Positions 49,408 through 58,918 of a stretch of 58,918 nucleotides of DNA are shown here, one piece after another. This DNA comes from Chloroflexota bacterium. GTDB lineage: Bacteria > Chloroflexota > Dehalococcoidia > SZUA-161 > SpSt-899. Each line of letters starts with the position of its first letter. Position 1 is the first letter of the stretch. The notes beneath the pieces are model-generated. The model ran no database searches. It saw only the letters and a program-made list of their open reading frames with translations, and had not been told where the DNA came from. The DNA lies in the NCBI GenBank assembly GCA_013203045.1, contig JABMQN010000004.1, forward strand, positions 1-58,918. Direction: 5' to 3'. Position numbers and translations under genes: made by a program.

Positions 49408-49842
49408 TTAAACCGGCTTCATAAAATAGTTAATTAACTGACCTACAGCTACTAATTCACCATCCAGGTTTTTGACGTCAGCTCGCATGTGAAGCAAATT
49501 CTTAGTTATTTCAACAACAGTTGCTATTACATCGATAGATTTGTCAGTTTCTCTAACGGGGCGTATATATGTTGCATTGATATGAGTGGTAACACTTGGA
49601 GGCGCGACCATATAACTCAAAGGTCCAAATGTGTTATCCATCGCGGCCACTATCATTCCCCCCTGCATCGCCCTCAATGGATTCTGATATCGTTCCTTCA
49701 CCGGGAATCTTGCGGTCAGCGATTTTCCTTCGACATATTCAATATATTCGCCTTCCATATCCACAAATATTTTTGGTGGTATTTCTATATTTGATTGTTT
49801 AGGCAATTTTGATGATATCAATTTCAATAATTCATCTGACAT
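49408..49842 (-). CDS. PaaI family hotdog thioesterase
   Basis: YQNPLRAMQGG...MD and YIRPV motifs. Confidence 0.88.
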   Translation of the reverse strand: MSDELLKLISSKLPKQSNIEIPPKIFVDMEGEYIEYVEGKSLTARFPVKERYQNPLRAMQGGMIVAAMDNTFGPLSYMVAPPSVTTHINATYIRPVRETDKSIDVIATVVEITKNLLHMRADVKNLDGELVAVGQLINYFMKPV

Positions 49843-50039
49843 TTGACCATCTTATATGTAATGATGCCATATAAACGTGAACAATGAATCACTAAATAGA
49901 AGTAATCGAGTATTATTTAAACACGCCGCTGGTAGTACTACTAGAAGTACTGTAAACAGGGTTGCTTGCTGTCGAATCGCCAACGATGTAGAATAACCTC
50001 TACGATTATCTGCCGCTAATACAGTGGACCGGGGGTTAC

Positions 50040-50750
50040 GTGCATTCTATTAAAGTACTGTTAGTACACCGAAAAGAGTTGGTCCGCGAAGGATTGTCAC
50101 GCATTCTGACAGACCAGCCTGGAATTGAACTGGTGGGCACATCCTGCGGAGGCCATGAAGGCATTCAGCTAATGTATCAGCTAGAACCGGATATTGTCAT
50201 CGCACACACGGACGTCGCCGATTTCGATCTCACGGTCGAAGCGGGGCAATACATCGGAGAGAAACTCCCCAACACTCGCGTTATCCTGCTCACTGATTCC
50301 ACCGAAGAACGCGCCCTGTTCCTGGCGCTGAAGCTGGGGGCCAGGGCTTATCTTTCCGATGATATCAGCGTTGACAAACTCACTACCTCTATTCGGCGCA
50401 TCTATGAAGGCGAGGTGATCATATCACCGCCTTTAGCCAGGAGATTGCTCCAGGAATTTTCACTGAAGGAAGACATCAAACGTGAATCTCATCCGAAGGA
50501 CCACACCGATCTTACCAAGCGGGAAATTGAGGTTCTTAACCTGGTTGCAGAGGGCAAGACGAACCGGGAAATCGCCGATGCCCTGTTCATTACCGAGAAC
50601 ACAGCTAAAGTCCACATGCGCAGTATTATGGATAAACTGCATGTGCGCAACCGACAACTAGCAGTCCGCCTGGCTACCCAGAAGGGGATTGTCTCCCCCT
50701 GGCCGTCGACGAATATAGATGCGAAGACCGGCCTCAATAACTCGGAGTGA
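50040..50750 (+). CDS. NarL/LuxR-type regulator with degenerate receiver domain
   Basis: LTKREIEVL..VAEGKTNREIA HTH. Receiver fold lacks the canonical DD, D and K residues. Confidence 0.88.
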   Translation: MHSIKVLLVHRKELVREGLSRILTDQPGIELVGTSCGGHEGIQLMYQLEPDIVIAHTDVADFDLTVEAGQYIGEKLPNTRVILLTDSTEERALFLALKLGARAYLSDDISVDKLTTSIRRIYEGEVIISPPLARRLLQEFSLKEDIKRESHPKDHTDLTKREIEVLNLVAEGKTNREIADALFITENTAKVHMRSIMDKLHVRNRQLAVRLATQKGIVSPWPSTNIDAKTGLNNSE

Positions 50751-50902
50751 TCCTGCTCACAGACGGAATTGCCAGCCGTGGCATAACCAACGCCGAGAAT
50801 ATAGTATCGGACGCACTGATTTACAATGAGCGAGTCGTCTGGCAGTTGAACTGGAACAGTAATTAACTGAAGTGGTACCGCTCACCAGTGATTGTCAAAT
50901 GA

Positions 50903-51976
50903 TCAAAGATGCTGCATTAATGCATCCACTGCCAACACAATTTTTTCATTTTCTTCCGGACTGCTCTTAAGTACATTGCGCGCCTGCACCAGAAAAGCCA
51001 CAGCTTGATCCTTATCGTCCTTGATGATACACAGGTGACCCAATGTCATAAGCGCCAACGATCGGATTTCCAATTGCAAATTACCGCTGCCCCCGATTGT
51101 AAACTCTGAGACACCAATGCTTTGATCGAGGTCAGGAAATAACTGTACTAATGCCTGGCCGGCATCATACTCACCGTAAACTACTAATGCTGCCCCACTA
51201 TCTGTAAGCAATTGCGATGCCTTGTCTGATTCTTTGATGCTCTCAGGCCACGTGTCAACCCGCATATTTACCATACGGCTCCCATATATCTCCCGCTCTA
51301 ATGCATCCACGAATCGATTAGTTAAGCTCTCACCTTCACCTGTATCTGCAAACCGCGTTACAACGATGAGAGTCTCTCCCAGTGCAGCCGGTTCAAAAAC
51401 ACTAGAATCCGGTGAAGAACCCGGAGCGATGGTTACGCTGGGATTTGGAGTAACTCCTGCTGGATTGTCGGGGCCCTTTCCTGAGTCTACTCCGAGAATC
51501 ACCAACACAATCAGCACACACAATAACACCCCCGTCAATCCAACGAAGATCCAACGAGAGCGTGGCTTTCTGATTTCCCACCGACTTGATTTCCTGCCGA
51601 GTGCCACGGTTTCAGGTGAGTATGTCGCAGTACTTTTCGAATCATCTCCTGCCACATCGCTTTCACCTTGTGCTTCCAGAAGTGTTTCGGTAGGTTCTTC
51701 TTCGGTACTCTGCTGATCAGTCGCTCCATTTTCCAACACGGGAGTATCTTCCGGTCTAAATCCAGCAACCAGCAAAAGGTGGTCTCTCTCTTCTGGCAAA
51801 AGACGGAGCTTTTCAGCGATAGCCAGGACGTCTTCCCGATTGTTCGGTCGACTGGTCAACCCTTCACGCCATCGAAAAACCGTCTGACGACTTACACCAA
51901 CAGCTCGGGCTAATTCGGTATCACTGATGCCAGCTCTTTGGACATAAGAACTGAGGACTTCGGCGAACGTTTCCAT
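50903..51976 (-). CDS. Membrane-anchored XRE-type HTH protein
   Basis: N-terminal TELARAVGVSRQTVFRW HTH, acidic linker, one TM helix (WIFVGLTGVLLCVLIVLVILGV), and a C-terminal domain ending in TPR-like helices. Confidence 0.8.
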   Translation of the reverse strand: METFAEVLSSYVQRAGISDTELARAVGVSRQTVFRWREGLTSRPNNREDVLAIAEKLRLLPEERDHLLLVAGFRPEDTPVLENGATDQQSTEEEPTETLLEAQGESDVAGDDSKSTATYSPETVALGRKSSRWEIRKPRSRWIFVGLTGVLLCVLIVLVILGVDSGKGPDNPAGVTPNPSVTIAPGSSPDSSVFEPAALGETLIVVTRFADTGEGESLTNRFVDALEREIYGSRMVNMRVDTWPESIKESDKASQLLTDSGAALVVYGEYDAGQALVQLFPDLDQSIGVSEFTIGGSGNLQLEIRSLALMTLGHLCIIKDDKDQAVAFLVQARNVLKSSPEENEKIVLAVDALMQHL

Positions 51977-51999
51977 AAGAATAATGGGTATGAATCTAC

Positions 52000-52112
52000 T
52001 GTTACACGTTGTAACGAAACCAGTACAAGCTTTCATTCGTACGATGGACGTTACAAAGAATGTTACACATCTGGCCCTTGAAATGCAACACCTTTGATGT
52101 TACGTTAACATC
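52000..52112. promoter_or_regulatory. Cluster of GTTAC/GTAAC boxes in the divergent promoter
   Basis: tGTTACacgttGTAAC, cGTTACaaagaatGTTAC and gatGTTACgttaacatc. Confidence 0.55.
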
Positions 52113-52166
52113 CATAAGGAATTGCGCAATTCCATCCAAAACTTCATAAAAGGAGAAAAGCGCAAA

Positions 52167-53696
52167 ATGAATATTAAAACTTTTTCAAAGAAGTACCTAT
52201 GTCAACTTTTCATAACCTCATTAATGGTATTGTTTATTGGTCTGACCGCATGTGCAGGAAGTGATGAAGATTCCGAAGAGGCTTCCAAGCCACGCAGCCG
52301 CGCAGTGATCAATTCCGGGGAAATCGTCCCTGCAGAAGAAGTCCGTGTGGCTGAATATGTAAATTACTATGATCAGTTCTTTCCCGAACCTGAGCACGAT
52401 TCTGTTGGATTGGACTTGCGTCTGGGAAACAACCTTATACCAGCACAAGGTGGCATGGCCTGGCTGCAAATTGGCTTACAGGCCAAATCGGTCGAAACTG
52501 AGATGGTCGCACCACTGAATATAGCAGTAGTTATTGATTCCAGCGGGAGTATGAATGCACCTGACAAGATGCCCTACGTTAAACAATCATTACAAATCTT
52601 CCTCGAAGACTTCGAATCTAACGATATTATCTCTCTCGTGACCTACAATGACAAAGCGAAGGTAATTCTACCCGCACAGCAGTATGGGGATGGTCAATGG
52701 GTTCAAGAAACCATAGACCAAATTACAACTGGCGGAGCTACAAATCTACACGAAGGCATGATGCTGGGCTTTCAGGAGGTAGACAAGAACTATGATATTC
52801 GCCGCAATAATCGGGTAATTTTACTTACAGACGGAATTGCCAACCGCGGTGTAACTAATGCCGAGAGTATTGCGGCAGATGCCCTCACCTATACTGAACG
52901 AGGTATCTATCTGAGTACAATTGGTTTGGGCCTGGAATTCAATGACCAGTTACTCAGCGAATTGGCTCATCAAGGGAAAGGTGGTTATACATTTATCGAT
53001 TCGGCCCAACAGATGGATCGAGTTTTTCGTGAGCATGCTGTTAGCCAAAAACAACGCGTAGCCAGTGATGTCAAAGTAACGGTCATTCCAGCTTCAGGAG
53101 TGCGCCTAATTGGACTCACCGGTTTGGAAGGAACTCCCCCATCCGAAGGAGCCAGCATCCCCTTGTGGCCCATGAGCACCGGAAACAGCGCTGTCATCAT
53201 GGCCGAGCTGCAGATAGGATCAGGATCAACCGGTTCCCGTCCATTGGCCACTGTGAAGTTACAGTACTTCGATGAATTCGCGCAACGGACAGTAACAACC
53301 GAACAGTCGATTTCCGGTGAGATGTCAGCCAACCTGGCCAGCTACAATCCCACCTGGGATCTGGAAGTACTTCGTAACGTAACTATTCAAAATACAGCGG
53401 AAGGCATGCAGGAGATCGATCGTCTCTTTAACAAAGGGCAATATGAAACGGCTTGGCGTCTGGCGGTCGAACTGGAACAGCAACTTACTGAAGTTGCACG
53501 ATTGACCGGTGACAAGCAAATGATCGAAGATGCTGCATTAATGCAGAAATACCAACAAACATTGGCAGATGCAGTCTGGCAAACACAGGACCGAGCCCCT
53601 CAATTGGGTGATACCACAACACCTTCTTATAGCGGAGAACGGCCCTATCGAGGCGAGACACCCACCCCAGATTTGCCTGAGGTGGAGGTTCGCTAA
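52167..53696 (+). CDS. vWA-domain lipoprotein (YfbK-like)
   Basis: Lipobox LTA-C, VRVAEYVNYY, MIDAS DSSGS, GATN and LLTDG motifs. Confidence 0.88.
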   Translation: MNIKTFSKKYLCQLFITSLMVLFIGLTACAGSDEDSEEASKPRSRAVINSGEIVPAEEVRVAEYVNYYDQFFPEPEHDSVGLDLRLGNNLIPAQGGMAWLQIGLQAKSVETEMVAPLNIAVVIDSSGSMNAPDKMPYVKQSLQIFLEDFESNDIISLVTYNDKAKVILPAQQYGDGQWVQETIDQITTGGATNLHEGMMLGFQEVDKNYDIRRNNRVILLTDGIANRGVTNAESIAADALTYTERGIYLSTIGLGLEFNDQLLSELAHQGKGGYTFIDSAQQMDRVFREHAVSQKQRVASDVKVTVIPASGVRLIGLTGLEGTPPSEGASIPLWPMSTGNSAVIMAELQIGSGSTGSRPLATVKLQYFDEFAQRTVTTEQSISGEMSANLASYNPTWDLEVLRNVTIQNTAEGMQEIDRLFNKGQYETAWRLAVELEQQLTEVARLTGDKQMIEDAALMQKYQQTLADAVWQTQDRAPQLGDTTTPSYSGERPYRGETPTPDLPEVEVR

Positions 53697-53751
53697 CAGG
53701 CTTAAAACTAGAAATTATAAGGATTGGATACCCGATATTTAGAGATCGTTG

Positions 53752-54417
53752 CTAGCTAGTAATAGGCCAAAATTGGCGTTCCCTAATCGCTACTTTGAAA
53801 CCCCGGTTAGTGAGATCTCCAATTAACGCGCTCGCATCCTCAGTATCCACTTGTACAATCAAATCTCGACTGTCCCGCTCGATTGAATCATCTACATGGA
53901 TTGCTACAACATTTAATTCAGCCTTGCCGATAAACCGTACTACCTCTTCGATCTTATTGGTATCGCCACAGTCGTACACATGAATACGTGTTCCTGGTTT
54001 GCCAATCCCTAATAGCGGGTTCATAATCCGATAAACAAAATCGTTTGTAGTTACAATGCCAACGAGATGACCTTTTTCATCGACCACAGGTAAGGACCCA
54101 ACTCCATGCTGTTGCGCCAAAGCAAGGGCACTTTCAGCAGTAGTATCCGGAGGACACGTTATCACTTTTTTACTCATTATTTCCGCTATAGTCATCTTCG
54201 ATAGAAGATGATTGATCTCCCATACACTCAAAGTAGTGGCGGCTGACGGTGATGCTTCGGCTACTCTTCTATCACTCACCATCCCCGCGATTTTACCTTT
54301 ATCTACAACTGGTAAACGCCGTATTTTGTGAACTTGCATGTATTTCCTGGCATCCACCACCGGCGTCTTGCTGGAAACAGTTATCACATTCGTTGTCATG
54401 AACTCTCTAACTCGCAT
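53752..54417 (-). CDS. CBS + ACT domain protein (AcuB-like)
   Basis: Two CBS domains, ASPSAATTLSVWEI motif and an ACT-like tail. Confidence 0.85.
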   Translation of the reverse strand: MRVREFMTTNVITVSSKTPVVDARKYMQVHKIRRLPVVDKGKIAGMVSDRRVAEASPSAATTLSVWEINHLLSKMTIAEIMSKKVITCPPDTTAESALALAQQHGVGSLPVVDEKGHLVGIVTTNDFVYRIMNPLLGIGKPGTRIHVYDCGDTNKIEEVVRFIGKAELNVVAIHVDDSIERDSRDLIVQVDTEDASALIGDLTNRGFKVAIRERQFWPITS

Positions 54418-54450
54418 CGCTTCCCTCCGGTTTTTGCTGTTTGATTGCAC

Positions 54451-54479
54451 ATTGTCACACTTCAGCCCTCGCATGTCAA
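54451..54479 (-). promoter_or_regulatory. Sigma70-type promoter for the CBS gene
   Basis: Minus strand TTGACA-17 nt-GACAAT. Confidence 0.45.
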
Positions 54480-54565
54480 GTGCTAGCTCCGTTAGCCTCA
54501 TATACTGGTGTACCATCAAAGCCCTTTTTACAGCACCTATCTGGTAATGATAAAATGATCATGCG

Positions 54566-56527
54566 ATGGTATACGATGTGATTGTTGTTGGCGGAGGTCA
54601 TGCCGGATGTGAAGCCTCACTGGCAGCGGCCCGGATGGGCTGCCACACACTTCTTATAACCATGGATCTCAATAACGTGGCCCTCATGCCTTGTAATCCT
54701 TCTATTGGAGGACCAGCCAAGGGACATCTCGTCAGAGAAATTGATGCTCTGGGCGGCGAGATGGGCAAAAACACCGATGAAACCTTTGTCCAGATACGTA
54801 TGCTTAACACCGGCAAAGGGCCTGCAGTTCAGGCATTGCGAGCACAATCAGATAAAAAACTCTACGGTTTGCGAATGAGGAATGTTCTGGAAAAACAGTC
54901 TAATCTGGATATCGAGCAGGCATTGATTGAAACGCTGCATGTTGATGAAAGTGAATCGGGCCAAATCCTGCGGATCATTACCGATGCAAACCATGTATAC
55001 AAAAGTAAGACAGTCATACTCACAACCGGGACTTCTCTTTCCGGGAGAATAATCATTGGCGAAAAAAGCTATGCTGGAGGGAGATCCGGAGAAGCCGCTG
55101 CCTATGGCCTTTCGGAAAACTTGCGCCAGTTAGGTTTTACTCTGGGAAGATTAAAAACCGGAACTCCGCCTCGGCTGGATGCCCAGACCATAGATTTTTC
55201 CAAAACCATCGTACAGCCGGGAAGCGAAGTCCCACTATACTTCAGTTTCGATTCTCCATCGAGAGACCTATGTTTTCCATCTCCAAATCCGGCTTACCCC
55301 CAGAATGGCCAGATCGAATGGCGAAAACAAATGTCATGCTATCTTGTCAATACGAATGATAGAACGCACGAAATTATTCGTTCAAACTTACATCGAGCAC
55401 CTCTTTTTAACGGCACAATTAAAGGCACTGGCCCACGATATTGCCCTTCTATTGAAGATAAAATATTCAAGTTCGCCAATAAAACATCTCATCCGTTTTT
55501 CCTTGAACCGGAGGGATGGGAGACCAACGAAGTATACTTGCAAGGTGCCAACACCAGTCTCCCGGAAGATGTTCAACTAGAAATGATACGCTCGATACCA
55601 GCCCTTGAGAAAACCGAGATTATACGATTAGGATATGCGATCGAATACGACTATGCGCCACCAAGCCAAATATCAAGCACTTTGGAAACTAAACGTATTC
55701 CCGGGCTTTTCTTTGCAGGACAGATCAACGGTACCACAGGCTACGAAGAAGCAGCCGGTCAAGGACTTATTGCTGGAATAAATGCAGCATTGAAAATAAA
55801 AGGGAAATCACCTATCATCATCCAGCGAGATCAAGGTTATCTTGGCGTAATGATCGATGATCTGGTAACGAAGGAGTTGACCGAGCCATATCGACTGCTG
55901 ACATCACGAGCCGAGTATCGCCTCTTGCTTCGCCACGACAATGCCGACCTCCGAATGACTCCCATCGGCTATGAATTGGGACTGATCGGAAAAGAGCGTT
56001 ACGAAGCAGTAGAAGCTAAAAGACACTCCATACCTGTAGAACTTGAACGACTTTCGAAGACTGTGCTGGTAGCTGAGAAGCTAAGCGATTCCATTGAAAA
56101 CCATCGTCTCCCTGCACTGGGGCGCAACACGACCGCTCTGGAGTATCTGCGCCGTCCGGAAGTTAGTTACCAGTCTCTGGATACGCTCGGATTCGCCAAT
56201 CCCAACCTTATTCCTGACTGCATAGAGCAAGTGGAAATCGAGACTAAATACAAGGGGTACATCGAAAGGCAAGAGACAGCCATCCAGAGAATGCAGAAGC
56301 TCGAGCAACGCCGCATACCGGATTGGTTTGAGTATGAGGAAATTACCGGACTGCGTTACGAAGCATGTTACAAACTCCAGCGATTCAAACCTCAGACGCT
56401 TGGACAGGCGTCACGCATAGACGGTGTCACACCCGCTGATATAGCCCTCATAATGGTTCATCTTGAAAGGGCTCGGGGAAAGGGTAAACAAGTCCAGTCA
56501 GAAAAGGTGTCAAGTGATCGCGCTTGA
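54566..56527 (+). CDS. mnmG: tRNA uridine 5-carboxymethylaminomethyl modification enzyme
   Basis: GGGHAGCEA, CNPSIGG, LKTGTPPR, GPRYCPSIEDK and GQINGTTGYEEA motifs. Confidence 0.97.
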   Translation: MVYDVIVVGGGHAGCEASLAAARMGCHTLLITMDLNNVALMPCNPSIGGPAKGHLVREIDALGGEMGKNTDETFVQIRMLNTGKGPAVQALRAQSDKKLYGLRMRNVLEKQSNLDIEQALIETLHVDESESGQILRIITDANHVYKSKTVILTTGTSLSGRIIIGEKSYAGGRSGEAAAYGLSENLRQLGFTLGRLKTGTPPRLDAQTIDFSKTIVQPGSEVPLYFSFDSPSRDLCFPSPNPAYPQNGQIEWRKQMSCYLVNTNDRTHEIIRSNLHRAPLFNGTIKGTGPRYCPSIEDKIFKFANKTSHPFFLEPEGWETNEVYLQGANTSLPEDVQLEMIRSIPALEKTEIIRLGYAIEYDYAPPSQISSTLETKRIPGLFFAGQINGTTGYEEAAGQGLIAGINAALKIKGKSPIIIQRDQGYLGVMIDDLVTKELTEPYRLLTSRAEYRLLLRHDNADLRMTPIGYELGLIGKERYEAVEAKRHSIPVELERLSKTVLVAEKLSDSIENHRLPALGRNTTALEYLRRPEVSYQSLDTLGFANPNLIPDCIEQVEIETKYKGYIERQETAIQRMQKLEQRRIPDWFEYEEITGLRYEACYKLQRFKPQTLGQASRIDGVTPADIALIMVHLERARGKGKQVQSEKVSSDRA

Positions 56528-56545
56528 CCAGACTGAGGAGAAGTT

Positions 56546-56884
56546 ATGTCCTGTATATTTTGTCAGATTGCAGCCAAAGAGATTCCCAGCCAGTTGATTT
56601 ATGAGGATGATGAATTGATCGCTTTCTATGATATTCAACCTCAAGCACCGGTACATTTTCTGGTTTTGCCCAAAAAGCACATCCCACGATTGACGGATAT
56701 GACCGATGGAGATTATCCTTTGATTGGCAAAATGGCCAGAGTGGCAACCGAGTTAGCTGAAAAAGAAGGGGTATCCGATGGATTTCGCGTCGCAGTGAAC
56801 TGTGGTGAGCAGGGAGGGCAGACCGTCTGGCATGTACATATGCATGTGCTGGGCGGACGGCAATTGAATGGGTGTTTAGGTTGA
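56546..56884 (+). CDS. Histidine triad (HinT-like) nucleotide-binding protein
   Basis: CIFC and GGQTVWHVHMHVLGGR motifs. Confidence 0.93.
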   Translation: MSCIFCQIAAKEIPSQLIYEDDELIAFYDIQPQAPVHFLVLPKKHIPRLTDMTDGDYPLIGKMARVATELAEKEGVSDGFRVAVNCGEQGGQTVWHVHMHVLGGRQLNGCLG

Positions 56885-56887
56885 ATT

Positions 56888-57412
56888 ATGAGCAAATTAG
56901 ATAGTATCAGGCAGCTGTTAAACAACAAACCGGACCTCGTATGGAACGAGCAGTCTTCAAAACGCGAACACCTGCGGCACGAAGGCTCACATTACTACTC
57001 CATTGCCATCCAGGTTGCTCCTACAGAGCCAATATTGACCTCATTTGCACTTAAGGATTTTTCAGAAAAGCTGTCACTTGAGCTAGCTCAAATAGGTACT
57101 ACCAACATAACCGAATGCTATGAATATGCCGAGACAAAACACGACGTGATCAAGACTGCCACATTATACTATTCTGAGGAAATCAACCTGCCTGAAGAAA
57201 AAGACACTACCGAGAGGCGTATAGCTGTAACAATATACCCATGCGAAGTCATGTCCGAAAATATGGGGATCAGAGGAGTAATAGAGATTAGCCACTACGA
57301 GTGCCCCAACCCATGTGAGCAATTCAAGCAATGTACTTTCAAAGGGTACTGGCGGGGGCCTGTCGATAGCATACTGGATATACGCTTTCCGTTTCGCGGC
57401 TCAGGGGGTTAG
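56888..57412 (+). CDS. Hypothetical protein
   Basis: 174 aa ORF 3 bp after HIT. No family recognised. Confidence 0.6.
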   Translation: MSKLDSIRQLLNNKPDLVWNEQSSKREHLRHEGSHYYSIAIQVAPTEPILTSFALKDFSEKLSLELAQIGTTNITECYEYAETKHDVIKTATLYYSEEINLPEEKDTTERRIAVTIYPCEVMSENMGIRGVIEISHYECPNPCEQFKQCTFKGYWRGPVDSILDIRFPFRGSGG

Positions 57413-57467
57413 TGATTCAAAGTAAATCAACCACCCTCTCTCTGGTATCCGCCCCTCAGTACACCAA

Positions 57468-58793
57468 CTAATCAGGCCAATAGAGCTTCCTGGCCTCTTT
57501 CTCCAGATCAGCCCGAAAATCAGGATGGGCAACGCCGATAAGCTCCATGGCACGTTCCCGTTGGGTCTTACCTTTCAATTTGGCTACACCATATTCTGTG
57601 ACGATGGTATCTGCCAAAGTTCTGGGGGTACTCACGACCGTGCCCGGTGTAAGCTGAGGTACGATCCGCGACATCGTCCCGCCTTTAGCTGTGGAAGGAA
57701 TAGCGGTGATAGCACGTCCTCCCTTTGAAAGATATGCCCCGATGGCAAAGGACGTCTGCCCGCCGGCACCGCTCATCATTTTGGTACCAATAGATTCGGC
57801 CGATATTTGCCCGGTCAGATCGACCATTATGGCGCTATTGATGGCCACGACATTGTCATTCTCTGAGATCACCTTGGGATTGAGGCAATAACTGGAGGGA
57901 TATACTTCAAACTGTGGATTCATATTGATATAATCCATCTCATCTTTTGAACCGCCGCCGACTGCTGTGGCCACTGCTTTCCCAATGTTAATCTGCTTGC
58001 GTTTTCCGCTGATGACTCCATTTTTCACCAGTGTAGCTACCCCACGCGGTGTGTTTTCGGAATGCCAGCCAAGATCGTTTTTGTTATCGAGCACACCTAA
58101 TCGAGCAACCCATTCAGCAGTACCGCCAACACCAATTTCCAGGCACCCACCATCAAGGACAAGTTCGCCGATATATCCAGCAACGGTTTTTTCCAGCTCA
58201 CCTGGGCCACTCACTTTCCTGCCAAGAAGATCCGTGCCGCCCGGCAATTTTTCGGAAGGCGTGTGCTCCACAAAGCAGTCTATTTCAGAGACATGGACAT
58301 AATTTTCTCCGTACGTGCGGACATTCCGCTTATTCACTTCAGCCAGAACATATTTGGCTGTTTGGCAAAGTTCACGTTTGTTCCAGCACGATGCACCCAG
58401 ACTGCAATAACCGTGTTCATCGGGTTCGCCAACCTGTATGAGATAAGCATCAATAGGTTTCATGAAATCAACATCGGCTGAAGCATAGAGTCCCACTACC
58501 TGGAAATCGCCTCTTTTTTCGTCCATCATTTCACGGACAAGCGGCAACACATACGGAATTTCGAATTGGAAGGACTCTGCAAAAATGGGGTCGAACCAGG
58601 GAAGGTCTCTCCCGCCACCGCCATGAACTCTGACACCGGTTATCTCCCCTATCCGGGAAGACAGTGCCAAGCCCAATGCCAAAGGTTCCGGCTGACTTAA
58701 AACGACATAATTACCGGACTCAATGACCTTCACCGCTTCTTCCGGTGTGGTCATTTTCTGTTCGAATTCTTCTTGCCAGGTTTCGAGCGACAT
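57468..58793 (-). CDS. Acetyl-CoA hydrolase / 4-hydroxybutyrate CoA-transferase family protein
   Basis: EIGVGG, HSE, AINSA..VDLTGQ, SGAGGQ and VTEYG motifs. Confidence 0.9.
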   Translation of the reverse strand: MSLETWQEEFEQKMTTPEEAVKVIESGNYVVLSQPEPLALGLALSSRIGEITGVRVHGGGGRDLPWFDPIFAESFQFEIPYVLPLVREMMDEKRGDFQVVGLYASADVDFMKPIDAYLIQVGEPDEHGYCSLGASCWNKRELCQTAKYVLAEVNKRNVRTYGENYVHVSEIDCFVEHTPSEKLPGGTDLLGRKVSGPGELEKTVAGYIGELVLDGGCLEIGVGGTAEWVARLGVLDNKNDLGWHSENTPRGVATLVKNGVISGKRKQINIGKAVATAVGGGSKDEMDYINMNPQFEVYPSSYCLNPKVISENDNVVAINSAIMVDLTGQISAESIGTKMMSGAGGQTSFAIGAYLSKGGRAITAIPSTAKGGTMSRIVPQLTPGTVVSTPRTLADTIVTEYGVAKLKGKTQRERAMELIGVAHPDFRADLEKEARKLYWPD

Positions 58794-58812
58794 TTTGACC
58801 TCCTGTCAGGTT

Positions 58813-58886
58813 GTCATTCTGAGGGAGTGAGCAACTGAAGAATCTCATGCTTGTTAAAGGAGATTCTTCACTGCGTTCAGAATGAC
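58813..58886. repeat. Intact REP-like element
   Basis: GTCATTCTGAG..GAAGAATCTC..GAGATTCTTC..CAGAATGAC nested inverted repeats. Confidence 0.8.
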
Positions 58887-58918
58887 TTTCTAATTACAAA
58901 CTAAATCCCAATGCTCCA

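Noticed and set aside
1-58918. CRISPR array, tRNA, rRNA
   Set aside because: No regularly spaced direct repeats or recognisable tRNA/rRNA motifs seen by eye.

Overview
A 58.9 kb bacterial chromosomal window, most likely from an anaerobic Chloroflexota (Dehalococcoidia-like) organism. That assignment is inferred from gene order (ilvDBNC-leuA-flavodoxin-leuC; yceD-rpmF-fabD-nusB-acpP), the fused accDA and a Re-citrate-synthase-type enzyme. Housekeeping blocks (hisB, ilv/leu, queA, fatty-acid genes, udg, ftsK, mnmG, HIT) are interleaved with accessory DNA. (1) An uncharacterised cotH-cotH-VTC-DUF4956 operon sits next to a GT39 glycosyltransferase and is a candidate polyphosphate-coupled extracellular phosphorylation system. 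(2) An AT-rich type II restriction-modification-like pair sits where leuD would be expected. (3) A ~14.6 kb accessory region starts at an IS481-like end remnant. It holds TetR/4Fe-4S/RND genes, integrase and activase remnants, a HipBA-type toxin-antitoxin pair, a glycyl radical enzyme with an unusual CMS Cys loop plus its activase, a pseudo-receiver LuxR regulator, and a membrane-anchored HTH regulator divergent from a vWA lipoprotein. Several REP-like palindromic families occur, including a nested REP/MITE/REP structure. No rRNA, tRNA or CRISPR array was recognised. All family calls come from motif recognition, not database searches.
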